Under the pieces are notes generated by a model that was given only the letters and a program-made list of their open reading frames with translations, had not been told where the DNA came from and searched no databases. Below, piece by piece: positions 18,975 through 29,359 of a stretch of 64,000 nt of DNA. Location: positions 10,836-74,835 of the forward strand of contig JBAYJE010000002.1 in NCBI GenBank assembly GCA_041665265.1, written 5' to 3'. The position numbers and the translations under genes were made by a program. Numbering within the stretch: position 1 is the stretch's first letter; each line of letters begins with the position of its first letter. Source of the stretch: Minisyncoccota bacterium (lineage in GTDB: Bacteria; Patescibacteriota; Minisyncoccia; UBA6257; GWB1-50-10).

Positions 18975-19667
18975 ATGAAAAAAGTTGCAATATTTGACAT
19001 CGATGGAACTATTTTTCGTTCGAGTTTACTTATTGAGATTACCGAGGCGCTTATTCAGGCGGGTATTTTCCCCACACGAGCACAAAAACTATATCACAAT
19101 GCATACAGGAATTGGCTCAATCGTAAAGATACCTATCACAAATATATTCGTGGTGTCATTAACGCATTTGATGGAAATATTAAAGGTGTAGATCACAATG
19201 CATTTCAGAAGATTGCAGAAGACGTCGTAGAGTTTCATCAAAATCGCGTGTATCGACATACTCGTGATTTAGTAAAGGAACTTAAGAAAAAGAAGTATTA
19301 TATTATTGCTATTTCAAATTCACCGAAAGAGCTTGTAGATGCATTTTGTATCGCTTATGGATTTGATAAATCGTATGGCCGCATATATGAAGTAAGCAAA
19401 AAAGGAAAATTTACTGGTACGGTGTTGCACTTAGATCTTGTAAGTGATAAAGCAAAATTTTTAAAACATATTATTGCAAAAGAAGAACTCTCTTTAAAAG
19501 ACTCAGTGGGAGTTGGTGACTCGGAAGCCGACATTCCTTTTCTCAAATTAGTAGATAAACCAATTTGTTTTAATCCAAATGGAAAATTATATAAACACGC
19601 ACAACGAGCAAAATGGGAGGTAATTGTGGAGCGAAAGGATGTAATTTATCATCTTCACAATGAGTAG
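18975..19667 (+). CDS. HAD-IB family hydrolase/phosphatase
   Basis: MKKVAIFDIDGTIF motif I (DxDGT); GVGDSEADIPF motif IV. Confidence 0.7.
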   Translation: MKKVAIFDIDGTIFRSSLLIEITEALIQAGIFPTRAQKLYHNAYRNWLNRKDTYHKYIRGVINAFDGNIKGVDHNAFQKIAEDVVEFHQNRVYRHTRDLVKELKKKKYYIIAISNSPKELVDAFCIAYGFDKSYGRIYEVSKKGKFTGTVLHLDLVSDKAKFLKHIIAKEELSLKDSVGVGDSEADIPFLKLVDKPICFNPNGKLYKHAQRAKWEVIVERKDVIYHLHNE

Positions 19668-19725
19668 AAAGAGATAGACTTATACACAGTTGCGAATATT
19701 AGCAACTACTATACTTAAGGTATAG

Positions 19726-20373
19726 ATGGTACAGAGCCTTTACACTGACCGTGAAAATGCTGCCGCGAAACTCATCCCACTTCTTGAAAAGTATCGCGGT
19801 AATAATGCCGCAGTTATATTAGGACTATCGGGAGGAGGCACAATGTTAGCATCTTATATTACAAAAGAGCTTTTACTTCCGCTTGATGTGATAGTGGTAA
19901 AAAAAATAGGTGCTCCTGCAAACAACGAGTTTGCTATTGGTGCAGTAACCGAAGATGTGGAAGAATTTTTTGATTGGACCGCAAAAGAAGATATTTGTGG
20001 TTCAGAAAAATATATCCACGAAGTGCTAGAGCAAAAACGCAAAGAAGTAGCTGCGCGCGCTTTCGCATATCGAGGCGTGAGACCTAAGGAGAATATAAAA
20101 GGGAAAATAGCCATTCTTGTAGATGATGGTATTGCCACTGGCTCGACGATGCGCGCTGCCATTCGTTCTGCAAAGAAGAGGGGAGCAGAAAGAGTGGTTG
20201 TTGCTGTTCCTGTAGCATCAATAGATAGTTTGTTGCATATTCGCACTGAGGTTGATGAAGTAATTTGTCCTTATTCATCCAGTTTCTTTCCTTTTGAGGG
20301 TGGATTTTATGAACATTTTCCTCAAATTGAAGATGGGGCAGTGCTTAAAATGCTCAGAAATAAAACAAAATAA
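19726..20373 (+). CDS. Phosphoribosyltransferase domain protein
   Basis: PRPP-binding motif IAILVDDGIATGSTMRAAI. Confidence 0.65.
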   Translation: MVQSLYTDRENAAAKLIPLLEKYRGNNAAVILGLSGGGTMLASYITKELLLPLDVIVVKKIGAPANNEFAIGAVTEDVEEFFDWTAKEDICGSEKYIHEVLEQKRKEVAARAFAYRGVRPKENIKGKIAILVDDGIATGSTMRAAIRSAKKRGAERVVVAVPVASIDSLLHIRTEVDEVICPYSSSFFPFEGGFYEHFPQIEDGAVLKMLRNKTK

Positions 20374-20391
20374 CTTTTTAAGAAAGTAAAA

Positions 20392-22242
20392 TTACTGCGT
20401 TTTAAAAAGTCTCATAGAGTTCATAATAGGAAGGAAGTCGGTGATGAAGTTATATGCGGAAGCTCCTTCCGGTCCAAAGACGCGCAGAGAAACAAGTATA
20501 AGGCCAATAATATTCACTATTCCCCAGATGAAAAAGTTTTGATGTACTACGCGCAGAGTAGTACGTCCGAGATCGATTATTTCTGGAATTTTTAGGAAGT
20601 CATCTTTCATGAGTGCAACATCTGCCGCTTCAATTGCGGCATCTGAACCAATTGCTCCCATTGCAATACCTACATCAGCAAGAGCGAGTGCAGCCGCATC
20701 ATTAATGCCGTCTCCTACCATGAGCACTGTTTTTTTAGGACCTACACAGGATTCAACAAATTGAAGTTTTTGTTCGGGAAGCATATTTGCATGGTATTCG
20801 GTGATTCCCACGCGGGCTGCAATTCTAGCAGCAACTTTTTCATTGTCGCCTGTAAGCATGGTTATTGTTTTTACACCAAGTTTTTTAAGATGCTCTATGG
20901 CATTTTTAATTTCTGGACGAACTTCATCGGCGCATGCAATTGTTCCTATTACTTCATTTTCGATCGCAATTACATTGATGTTTAATCCGTGTGTTTCTGC
21001 AGCTAAAACAACCTCTTTCATTTTTGGTGTGAGGGAGATTCCTGATGTTTCTATAAACCGAACACTCCCAGAAAAAATTTTCTTTTTGAAAAAAAGTGCC
21101 TCAAGCCCCTTTCCGGGGACCTCATGGATATAATCAGGTTTTTCAAATCGAGTTTTTTGTTCTCGAAGATATTCCACTATGGCTTTTGAAATGGGATGTT
21201 GGGAGTACATTGCGGTCATGCCTGCATACGAGAGTAATTCCTCGCGCGTATGAGTGCTAAATAGGGTAATTTCTTGAACTACAAATTTTCCAAGGGTGAG
21301 GGTGCCTGTTTTATCTACAATAATAGTGGTTGCTCTTGCAAGTCCTTCAAGAAAATTACCTCCTTTTATAATGACGCCACGTCGCGCTGCTTGTCCAATT
21401 GAGGCAAGAAATCCCATAGGGATAGCAATCGCAATATCATCCGCACAGGCTACGAGAAGAAATGAAAGGAGAAGGGGAAGATCTTGAAAGAGTCCATAAA
21501 TTACAAATGATCCAAGGAACACGATAAGGATATACCACGTTGCGAATGTATCAGCGATAGTACGTATTTTTGCTTTACCTTCTTCGGCACGCTCTACGAG
21601 AGCAATTGTTTTTTCGAGTGTGGTGTCTTTTCCAACTTTTTCTGTTGTTACCACAAGAGAGCCCGAAGAGAGAAGTGTTCCACTCCATACCTCGTCACCT
21701 GTTGTTTTGCTCACAGGAGCCGATTCACCAGTAAGTGATGATTGATCGACGGCTCCATCTCCTTCTTCTATTCTTCCATCTACCGCAATTCGTTCCCCCG
21801 ATTTTATAAGAAGGAGATCCCCCACACGTACTTGGGATGATGGAATATCTTCTATATTGTCACCTCGTTTCACGTGGACAGTAAGGGGGCGAAGTTTAAG
21901 AATGTGTTGAATTGCGGAATGTGCTTTTGCTTCTGTATATGCTCCAAAAATACGCGCAGCAGTGAGCATGAGATTAATGAATGCTGCTGAGGACCACTCA
22001 CCACCGAGGAAGGCCGCAAGAAGCGCCGCACTTGCGAGAAGATCAACCGATATTCTTTTTTTTATAATGGATTGGAATGCACTTATTACAACAGGAAGGA
22101 GACCAACACACGAAGCAATAACAAGAAGTATAGTGCTAAAAGAAACGAGATGGAGGCGGTCAATAATAAGAAATACAAAGAGAAGTACTGCAAAGGTACT
22201 ATCAAAAATTAATTGTTTAGAGTGGTCAGAGAATGATTTCAT
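20392..22242 (-). CDS. P-type cation-transporting ATPase (P1B-like core, no N-terminal metal-binding domain)
   Basis: DKTGTLT phosphorylation site, TGDN, GDGINDAAALA hinge; 616 aa; starts directly in TM region; no CxxC HMA domain; TM6 shows LLVACADD rather than the usual CPC. Confidence 0.8.
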   Translation of the reverse strand: MKSFSDHSKQLIFDSTFAVLLFVFLIIDRLHLVSFSTILLVIASCVGLLPVVISAFQSIIKKRISVDLLASAALLAAFLGGEWSSAAFINLMLTAARIFGAYTEAKAHSAIQHILKLRPLTVHVKRGDNIEDIPSSQVRVGDLLLIKSGERIAVDGRIEEGDGAVDQSSLTGESAPVSKTTGDEVWSGTLLSSGSLVVTTEKVGKDTTLEKTIALVERAEEGKAKIRTIADTFATWYILIVFLGSFVIYGLFQDLPLLLSFLLVACADDIAIAIPMGFLASIGQAARRGVIIKGGNFLEGLARATTIIVDKTGTLTLGKFVVQEITLFSTHTREELLSYAGMTAMYSQHPISKAIVEYLREQKTRFEKPDYIHEVPGKGLEALFFKKKIFSGSVRFIETSGISLTPKMKEVVLAAETHGLNINVIAIENEVIGTIACADEVRPEIKNAIEHLKKLGVKTITMLTGDNEKVAARIAARVGITEYHANMLPEQKLQFVESCVGPKKTVLMVGDGINDAAALALADVGIAMGAIGSDAAIEAADVALMKDDFLKIPEIIDLGRTTLRVVHQNFFIWGIVNIIGLILVSLRVFGPEGASAYNFITDFLPIMNSMRLFKTQ

Positions 22243-22340
22243 TACTATGGGTAATTTATGCTTATTGTACCATCTGCGTTGATTTCTTTCGTCTTAGTTC
22301 TATAATACAAATAATGTTGCATATCCATAATATTGAATCG

Positions 22341-22625
22341 ATGAGCGGAGAAGACATTGGAATGGTAGATGATAATGGATTTGTATTTGATGTTCGTGGC
22401 AAAAAAGCTGGACGCGTGACAAGTGATGGTTCTGTATACGATGCAGTAGGCAATAAGTGTGGCAGACTTATGCGTGAAGGGAAGGTATTTGATGATAAGG
22501 TGCGTCATGTTGGCACGGTGCAAGAAGATGGGTATGTGTACGATGTGGATCAGCATAAGGTAGGAAAGGTAAAACCACCTCATAGGGAGTTTGCGGGAGC
22601 CGCACTTCTTCTCTTGTTTCGATAA
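22341..22625 (+). CDS. Small protein with four tandem YD-like repeats (DG-V[FY]D--G-K-G[RK]V)
   Basis: DDNGFVFDVRGKKAGRV / DGSVYDAVGNKCGRL / EGKVFDDKVRHVGTV / DGYVYDVDQHKVGKV; start uncertain (22314 or 22341). Confidence 0.45.
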   Translation: MSGEDIGMVDDNGFVFDVRGKKAGRVTSDGSVYDAVGNKCGRLMREGKVFDDKVRHVGTVQEDGYVYDVDQHKVGKVKPPHREFAGAALLLLFR

Positions 22626-22722
22626 TGTACAAAGATCTCCTTTGAGGGGGTCTTCGGCAGGGTGATGAAGCATCGCCTGCGGGCGATTTTTTAGTTCGCT
22701 GAAGGGTGGTACTATAGGAGCA

Positions 22723-25701
22723 ATGTATGATGCAGAATTTGAAAAGCGGTATGCACAATTAAACGCCGCACAACGTGAGGCGGTAGATGCAGTGGAAGGT
22801 CCTGTCATGGTAGTTGCGGGTCCTGGCACGGGGAAGACTCAGATTCTTACTTTACGCATCGCAAACATTCTTAAAAAAACAGACACGAATCCGGGAAATA
22901 TTTTAGCACTCACGTTTACTGAAGCAGGCACCGCAACGATGAGAAGGCGACTTGTAGAAATTGTGGGAGCACCCGCATATTCAGTGGCAATTAGTACATT
23001 CCATGCATTTTGTAATGGCATTATTAAAGAATACCCAGAAGAGTTCCCTCATATTATCGGCTCAGAGAGTATCACTGAAGTTGATCAGATTACTTTACTT
23101 GAAGATATTATACGTGGAATTTCACTCGCTATCTTAAAGCCGTTTGGAGACCCGCTCTATTATGTACGAGATATATTAAAAGCGATTAATGATTTGAAAC
23201 GTGAAGGCGTGGACCCACTTCAATTTGTGACGCTTGTAGAGAAGGAGCAGGAACGATTTAATGCTTCGTCTGATCTCTATCATGACAAAGGAGCACACAA
23301 AGGAGAGATGCGAGGGGACTACAAAAAAGAGTTAAAAATAATTGAGAAGAACAAAGAATTGGCGAGAGTGTATACCACGTATGCCACGCGTCTTGTAGAA
23401 AATAAACTTTACGATTATAGCGACATGATTATGGAGGTGCTTCGTGCACTTCAAACAAATAAGGATCTTCTTCTTATTTTGCAGGAGCAATATCAGTATG
23501 TATTGGTGGATGAGCATCAGGATACTAATAAGGCACAAAATAAGATTTTAGAACTTCTCTGCAATTTTCACGCACAACCAAATATATTTGTGGTGGGTGA
23601 CGAAAAGCAGGCCATCTTCCGTTTCCAGGGAGCTTCACTTGAAAACTTTCTCTATTTTAGGGGGCTTTATCCTGGGGCGAAACTTATTTTTCTCGAGGAA
23701 AATTATCGGTCAACACAGACAATTTTAGATGTTGCACACCGAGTGATTCCAAGTCCGAAGGGTCTTAGGGCGCAAGCACTTTACATGAACGTAGCGGTGA
23801 GTCTTTCCGTGTTTACTAAGCCTGTTATTGAGCAATACTTTCTTGCGAGTGATATTAAGGCAAAGATTGATAAGGGTGCAGCACCTGGAGAAATTGCTGT
23901 TTTATATCGTGATAATCGTGATGTCGCCGCACTCTTACCTATGGTGGAACGTATGGGAATTCCTTTTGTGGTTGAGTCTGATGAAAATGTGATGAACGAC
24001 CATGATATCAAGAAGATTATTCGGTTGCTTCGTGCAGCGGATACTTTTGGTGCCGATCAACACATTGCGGAGGCGATGCATATTGATTTTCTTGGACTTC
24101 ACCCGCTTGATGTATATCGCGTACTTCATGAGGCGGATATAAAAAAATGCCCTCTTTATGATGTTTTGAAGTCTGACGTACTTATGAGGAATCTTCATTT
24201 GGAAGATGGAGCAAAAATTCGTATGTGGTATGGAAAACTTACAGAGTGGGCGATTGCTGCAAAAAACAAGAGCCTTGAGGAGTGCGCGAGTCTCGTGATT
24301 AACGAGTCCGGATTTCTTGCCTATCTTCTTGGAAAGCCTGATGCGGTGGAAAAAATAGAGAAATTAAATGGGTTTTTTGATGAGTTGCAGAGTCTTGTTG
24401 AAAAACATAAAGATGCAGGACTCCGAGAGTTTCTCTCGTATCTCGATACTATTGAGGCTCACAATCTTCTTATACGAAAAAGTTTGTTTGGTGGGTCCGC
24501 GCGGCGCGTGCATTTTATGACCGCGCACAAATCAAAGGGGCAGGAATTTGAACATGTGTATATTGTGAATGCATTTGATGGTCATTGGGGAAATAAGAAG
24601 CGAGGAAATGTATTGCCTCTTCCTTCCTCTGTTTTCTCGCTTCTTGGTGAGTCTTCTCTTTCTCACGACCCCCTAGATGATGAACGACGACTTTTCTATG
24701 TAGCACTTACTCGCGCAAAAAAGACGGTGACTATTTCATATGCAAAGGAGAGCACTACGGGTCGTGAACAATTACCGTGCCAATTTCTTGAGGAGATGAA
24801 GTCGGAACTTGTAAAAGAGATTGATACTGCGGAGATAGAAAAAGAATTTGGAGCAAATAAACAGATTATATTTGCGCCACCACAACTTCCTCATGCACGT
24901 ATGGAGGATAAGGAATTTATTCGTTCCCTTTTTCTTGAGCGGGGAATTTCCGCAACTGCATTGAATAATTATCTTAAGTGCCCATGGCGGTATTTTTATC
25001 AGAATCTTCTTCGAATTCCTGCCGCAAAACAACCGCATCAATTGTATGGCACCGCGATCCATGCTGCGCTACAAGATCTTTTTAATGGAGTAAAAGAAAA
25101 AAAACATTCACGTAATTATCTTCTCGAGCGATTCGCATATTATTTTGATGCACAACCTTTTCGTGCAACTGAGCAACATGAATGGAAGGAGCGAGGTGTC
25201 AAAGCTCTCGGAGGATATTATGATATGTATCATACTTCCTGGAACGCAAACATATTAAACGAAGTTCCTATTCGTGGAATCCTCCTTACCCCAGAGATAA
25301 AACTTACCGGGAAGATTGATAAGTTGGAGATTCTAAATGAACGCAACGAGGTGTTAGTGACAGATTACAAAACAGGAAAACCAAAGACGCGGGGGGAGAT
25401 AGAGGGGTCCACACAGAATTCAAACGGGGACATAAAACGACAACTCGTGTTTTACAACGTGCTCCTTAATCGATATGAGAACCATCGATTTATTATGATC
25501 TCTGCCGATGTTGATTTTGTGGAACCGGATGAGAAGGGAAGGTATAAGCGTGAGTCATTTGTGATTAATCCGGAGGAGGTTGAAGAACTTGAGAATCTCA
25601 TTAAAACGACCGCGGAGCATATTTGTACTCTCTCTTTTTGGAACACGCGTTGTGATGATGCGGAGTGTGAATTTTGCGCACTTCGTGGAATGATGGAATA
25701 A
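22723..25701 (+). CDS. UvrD/PcrA-family ATP-dependent DNA helicase fused to C-terminal PD-(D/E)XK Cas4/AddB-like nuclease domain
   Basis: Walker A AGPGTGKT, DEHQDT (motif II), helicase motifs through about 650 aa; C-terminal region has CPW...D...DYK and a CDDAECEFC Cys cluster. Confidence 0.8.
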   Translation: MYDAEFEKRYAQLNAAQREAVDAVEGPVMVVAGPGTGKTQILTLRIANILKKTDTNPGNILALTFTEAGTATMRRRLVEIVGAPAYSVAISTFHAFCNGIIKEYPEEFPHIIGSESITEVDQITLLEDIIRGISLAILKPFGDPLYYVRDILKAINDLKREGVDPLQFVTLVEKEQERFNASSDLYHDKGAHKGEMRGDYKKELKIIEKNKELARVYTTYATRLVENKLYDYSDMIMEVLRALQTNKDLLLILQEQYQYVLVDEHQDTNKAQNKILELLCNFHAQPNIFVVGDEKQAIFRFQGASLENFLYFRGLYPGAKLIFLEENYRSTQTILDVAHRVIPSPKGLRAQALYMNVAVSLSVFTKPVIEQYFLASDIKAKIDKGAAPGEIAVLYRDNRDVAALLPMVERMGIPFVVESDENVMNDHDIKKIIRLLRAADTFGADQHIAEAMHIDFLGLHPLDVYRVLHEADIKKCPLYDVLKSDVLMRNLHLEDGAKIRMWYGKLTEWAIAAKNKSLEECASLVINESGFLAYLLGKPDAVEKIEKLNGFFDELQSLVEKHKDAGLREFLSYLDTIEAHNLLIRKSLFGGSARRVHFMTAHKSKGQEFEHVYIVNAFDGHWGNKKRGNVLPLPSSVFSLLGESSLSHDPLDDERRLFYVALTRAKKTVTISYAKESTTGREQLPCQFLEEMKSELVKEIDTAEIEKEFGANKQIIFAPPQLPHARMEDKEFIRSLFLERGISATALNNYLKCPWRYFYQNLLRIPAAKQPHQLYGTAIHAALQDLFNGVKEKKHSRNYLLERFAYYFDAQPFRATEQHEWKERGVKALGGYYDMYHTSWNANILNEVPIRGILLTPEIKLTGKIDKLEILNERNEVLVTDYKTGKPKTRGEIEGSTQNSNGDIKRQLVFYNVLLNRYENHRFIMISADVDFVEPDEKGRYKRESFVINPEEVEELENLIKTTAEHICTLSFWNTRCDDAECEFCALRGMME

Positions 25702-25709
25702 TAGAAGAT

Positions 25710-25922
25710 ATGAGCGAACACATTAAAAGACTCCATAGGAGCAGGAGGAATAAGGTAGTATGTGGACTTCTTGGAGGTCTCGGGGAATATTTTGAGGTAG
25801 ACCCAGTACTTCTCCGTCTCTTTTTTGTCTTTATTACTATGTGTACGGGCATCGTACCTGGCGTCCTTGCCTACTTTTTAGGGGTAGCAATTGTACCTAA
25901 GTCATACGAGGAAAAGGAATAA
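25710..25922 (+). CDS. PspC domain-containing protein
   Basis: MSEHIKRLHRSRRNKVVCGLLGGLGEYFEVDPVLLRLFFV matches PspC; start ATG 25710. Confidence 0.7.
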   Translation: MSEHIKRLHRSRRNKVVCGLLGGLGEYFEVDPVLLRLFFVFITMCTGIVPGVLAYFLGVAIVPKSYEEKE

Positions 25923-25928
25923 ATTTGT

Positions 25929-26687
25929 ATGGAACGAAAAAACACATCATGGGGAGTTTCTGCGGATTGGTATCACGACCACCTTGAAAAAGAAGGAACA
26001 TACCAAAAAGAAGTAGTACTTCCTAATCTTTTGCGTATTCTTGCATTGAAGAAAGGCGTACGTATTTTGGACCTCGCGTGCGGGTCTGGTTTTTTCTCTC
26101 GTGCATTTGCAGAGACCGGAGCTGAGGTAATTGGTTCTGATGTGGCTACGCGTCTTATTCTTATTGCGCGCAAAGAATCTCCAAAAAATATTACATTTCA
26201 TATTGCACCTGCACACAAACTTGATTTTCTTCCCTCAAAAAGTGTTGATCTCATTACTATCGTATTTGCAATTCAAAATATTGAAAATATCGACAAGGTT
26301 TTTGCAGAGTGCGCGCGAGTGTTAAAGCCTCGGGGTTCGCTTGTTATGGTAATGAATCACCCCGCATTTCGAGTTCCTAAGCGTTCGGGTTGGGGATGGG
26401 ACGAGGAAAAGAAGACACAATATCGACGCATTGATGGCTACATGTCTGAATCGATGGAGAAGATTCAGATGCATCCCGGTGAAAGACCAGACGAATATAC
26501 ACTCTCATTTCACCGGCCACTTCAGGTATATTTTAAAAGTTTGCGAAAAAATAGCTTTGCAGTTGGTTCACTTGAAGAATGGATTTCCCATAAGAAGAGT
26601 GAGCCAGGTGTTCGTGCTGTTGCGGAAAATGAGATACGAAAAGAGATTCCACTTTTCCTTATGCTTCAAGGAGTGCGCATGGAATAG
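25929..26687 (+). CDS. Class I SAM-dependent methyltransferase
   Basis: ILDLACGSGFFSRAFAETGAEVIGSDV motif I/II. Confidence 0.75.
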   Translation: MERKNTSWGVSADWYHDHLEKEGTYQKEVVLPNLLRILALKKGVRILDLACGSGFFSRAFAETGAEVIGSDVATRLILIARKESPKNITFHIAPAHKLDFLPSKSVDLITIVFAIQNIENIDKVFAECARVLKPRGSLVMVMNHPAFRVPKRSGWGWDEEKKTQYRRIDGYMSESMEKIQMHPGERPDEYTLSFHRPLQVYFKSLRKNSFAVGSLEEWISHKKSEPGVRAVAENEIRKEIPLFLMLQGVRME

Positions 26688-26717
26688 GGGTATTTCTGTG
26701 TTTGATATACTTTTTAT

Positions 26718-28337
26718 ATGCAGAGAACACTCAAAATAATCGGGTGGTTTATAGGCATCTCTCTTGTTGTTACTTTCCTTGTGGCTACTCTTGGATTTCT
26801 TGCGGTTCGTTATAATTTCTGGCCACCAAATTGTGATGTGCTTCCTATTCCACAAGCAAAACGTGTGTGTGAATTTTCAAAACGGGAAAAAGTGAAAATA
26901 GGAACTCCTACCATGGTTCAGTTCTGGGTAAGTATCCCTGAAACTACCCCCGCATTTGAGGTGGTCTATTTTGTACCAGAAGGAAAAAGTCAGCTTGCCA
27001 TGAAAAAAGTAGGGGATACAAGTTATGAAGTTGATGTGCCTGCGGTAATTGGAGAAGAGTTTTCATATCGCTATCGCCGTGATGAGCAAGAGTCGTTTTC
27101 GAGTGTACAACGCGTAACAGTGAAAATGCTTGGAGAGCAGGTATTTGATGGGGTTTCTTTGTGGAGCGATGAAAAGAAAATACCACATATTGCCACGAGC
27201 ACACGTATTATTGTAAATACCATGGATACATGGAGTATCAATTATAATTTCAATTTTTTTGAGGATACGCGCAACAATATAGAGAGCACTATAGTGAGGG
27301 CAAAAGCACTTGGTGCAAATGAGCTGGGAGTCTTTTCATTTATTGAGGTACTTGGTAATAAAGATCTATTTACATTACAGGAAGTAGATACTCCTTTTAA
27401 ATATATGCGCGATGCCGCAATCTCAGCAGGAGATATGAAAAAACTTGCGAGATTAGGAAAGGAACACAGTATCGATGTGGTTATTCACTACAATACGGAA
27501 GCGGATTATACAAAATATTTTAATGTAAAAGATTTTAAGATGATTGGTGCAGGCGTGGGTGGTGCTGCCGCACACGGAAAGGCTGCAGAAGAACTTGGTA
27601 TTTATGAACCGAAATCAAAGGAGTGGGTGGATATGTGGTTTGATGGTCTTGAATCGGTGCTTCTCAAGTGGGCGAGAGAGGCTGAAGCTGCGGGTATTTA
27701 TGGTATTGATATTACGCCGGAATACATGGTTCCAAAATTTGCACCGCAGGAGATATATGCGGACACAAGGTATAAAGAGATTGTTGCAGAAATGAGAAAA
27801 ATATATAAAGGGAAGATATTTGCGAGTTCGGTGGGATGGTTTGGGGGAATTACTGACAAAAATAAAGTAACCTATATTAATGATGTTGATGGACTCTATA
27901 TACATCTCCCTTCTCTTAAGGTGCGCGAGGGGGCATCAATTGCTGAAATGCGCACAACACATTCAAATAATATTTCAGCACTTCAGAATGAATTTAAGGT
28001 GTATCCAAAAGAGATAAGCCTTATTATTTCTGAAGCGAGTTATGAAGGAGCAATTAATGGCGTGCCATCTTTTGAATTTAATGATTTTGCGGAGGCTCGC
28101 GCGAAAGGACGAGTTGCTGATTGGCAAGCTCAGGCAGATAGTTATGAGGCAGCACTCAGCGTATTAAGTCGCTCAACCTTTTTTAAAGGAATCGGAACTT
28201 CGGGATATTGGTTTGATGACCTTATGGATCCAGACTATGCAGACCCATTAATTAGTATGCACCCTTCAATTCGTAATAAGCCCGCTGAAGCGGTTTGGAA
28301 AAAATGGATGAATTCCAATGAAATAAAATCTTCATAA
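26718..28337 (+). CDS. Membrane-anchored secreted protein, putative TIM-barrel glycoside hydrolase-like
   Basis: N-terminal TM; beta-rich N-domain then region with GIYGIDITPE and LIISEASYEG (possible acid/base and nucleophile Glu as in clan GH-A); tentative. Confidence 0.4.
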   Translation: MQRTLKIIGWFIGISLVVTFLVATLGFLAVRYNFWPPNCDVLPIPQAKRVCEFSKREKVKIGTPTMVQFWVSIPETTPAFEVVYFVPEGKSQLAMKKVGDTSYEVDVPAVIGEEFSYRYRRDEQESFSSVQRVTVKMLGEQVFDGVSLWSDEKKIPHIATSTRIIVNTMDTWSINYNFNFFEDTRNNIESTIVRAKALGANELGVFSFIEVLGNKDLFTLQEVDTPFKYMRDAAISAGDMKKLARLGKEHSIDVVIHYNTEADYTKYFNVKDFKMIGAGVGGAAAHGKAAEELGIYEPKSKEWVDMWFDGLESVLLKWAREAEAAGIYGIDITPEYMVPKFAPQEIYADTRYKEIVAEMRKIYKGKIFASSVGWFGGITDKNKVTYINDVDGLYIHLPSLKVREGASIAEMRTTHSNNISALQNEFKVYPKEISLIISEASYEGAINGVPSFEFNDFAEARAKGRVADWQAQADSYEAALSVLSRSTFFKGIGTSGYWFDDLMDPDYADPLISMHPSIRNKPAEAVWKKWMNSNEIKSS

Positions 28338-28780
28338 TGACCCTAAAAAAGAAAAATCAAAAATCGTGGAATGACGTCTCGGAGAATATTACAAAATGGA
28401 TTGGATCGATAAATTCGCTTTTTATTCACACCCTTCTTTTTATTTGTGCATTTTTTCTCGTGCTTCTTGGAATTGAGAGGAATACGGTATTTTTGGCACT
28501 CACTACGGTAGTTTCTTTGGAGGCAATTTATCTTTCTATTTTTATTCAAATGACAGTGAATCGTCATGCAGAAAGCCTTGAGGATGTGGAGGAGGACATT
28601 GAAGAAATACACGAAGATGTGCGAGAATTGGGTGAAGATATTGAGGACATTTCTGAAGATATCGAGGAAATTCAAGAAGAGGAGGCAGGAGAAGGAGAAA
28701 CGGCGGTAACGCTCGAAAATATTGAGGAAGTACTTCAAAAAGCGCTTGCGGACATTGAGAAGTTTAAAAAACAGCAATAA
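28337..28780 (+). CDS. DUF1003-like membrane protein with acidic coiled-coil tail
   Basis: Two TM helices after WIGSINSLFIHTLLF; C-terminal EDVEEDIEEIHEDVRELGEDIEDISEDIEEIQEEE. Confidence 0.5.
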   Translation: MTLKKKNQKSWNDVSENITKWIGSINSLFIHTLLFICAFFLVLLGIERNTVFLALTTVVSLEAIYLSIFIQMTVNRHAESLEDVEEDIEEIHEDVRELGEDIEDISEDIEEIQEEEAGEGETAVTLENIEEVLQKALADIEKFKKQQ

Positions 28781-28782
28781 AT

Positions 28783-29331
28783 ATGATGCCTCACATTGTT
28801 AATCCATTCGTAATGTGGATTCTTATTGTGCTTGGAGGAGCGGCAATCTTTTTTGGATTTGATGCAGTTATGATATTACCCCGCACTGACCTCTCGCATG
28901 TTTTTTTTGCAATCTCACTTTTTTATTGGTTCTTTTTTATAATCTCGGCATTGCGTGAAAATGCGAGTGTGGTGCGAAGTGTTGCGGGAGTACAATCACT
29001 CGTAAAAACAGGAATATATGCACGAGTAAGGCACCCTATTTATTCGGCCGATATTTTTCTTATGTGGGGAATTTATTTTATGATTCCAACTTTCCCTATG
29101 CTTCTTACCGTATTTTGGTTCATTTTAGTTGTAATTCTTTGGACGCGCCTTGAGGAGGAGTGTCTTGCAAAGCGGTTCAAGGTCGCATATAAAAGTTATC
29201 GTGTACAGGTTCCTATGATGATTCCTCAAATATGGCGCACAAAAAAAGTGTGGGTATCACGAAAGAAAAAAGCAAAAGTGAAAACAAAGAAAATTGTTGA
29301 GAACTCTACGGATGCCGAATCTAAAATGTAA
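28783..29331 (+). CDS. Isoprenylcysteine carboxyl methyltransferase (ICMT/PEMT) family protein
   Basis: TGIYARVRHPIYSADIFLMWG and EEECLAKRF signatures of ICMT-type methyltransferases. Confidence 0.7.
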   Translation: MMPHIVNPFVMWILIVLGGAAIFFGFDAVMILPRTDLSHVFFAISLFYWFFFIISALRENASVVRSVAGVQSLVKTGIYARVRHPIYSADIFLMWGIYFMIPTFPMLLTVFWFILVVILWTRLEEECLAKRFKVAYKSYRVQVPMMIPQIWRTKKVWVSRKKKAKVKTKKIVENSTDAESKM

Positions 29332-29359
29332 TGATTTAATTTTCGTGTTTTAAAAAATA

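Noticed and set aside
22245-22829. 194-aa minus-strand ORF spanning the YD-repeat gene and the helicase start
   Set aside because: It is antisense to two better-supported genes and an intergenic promoter region and has no motif; judged spurious
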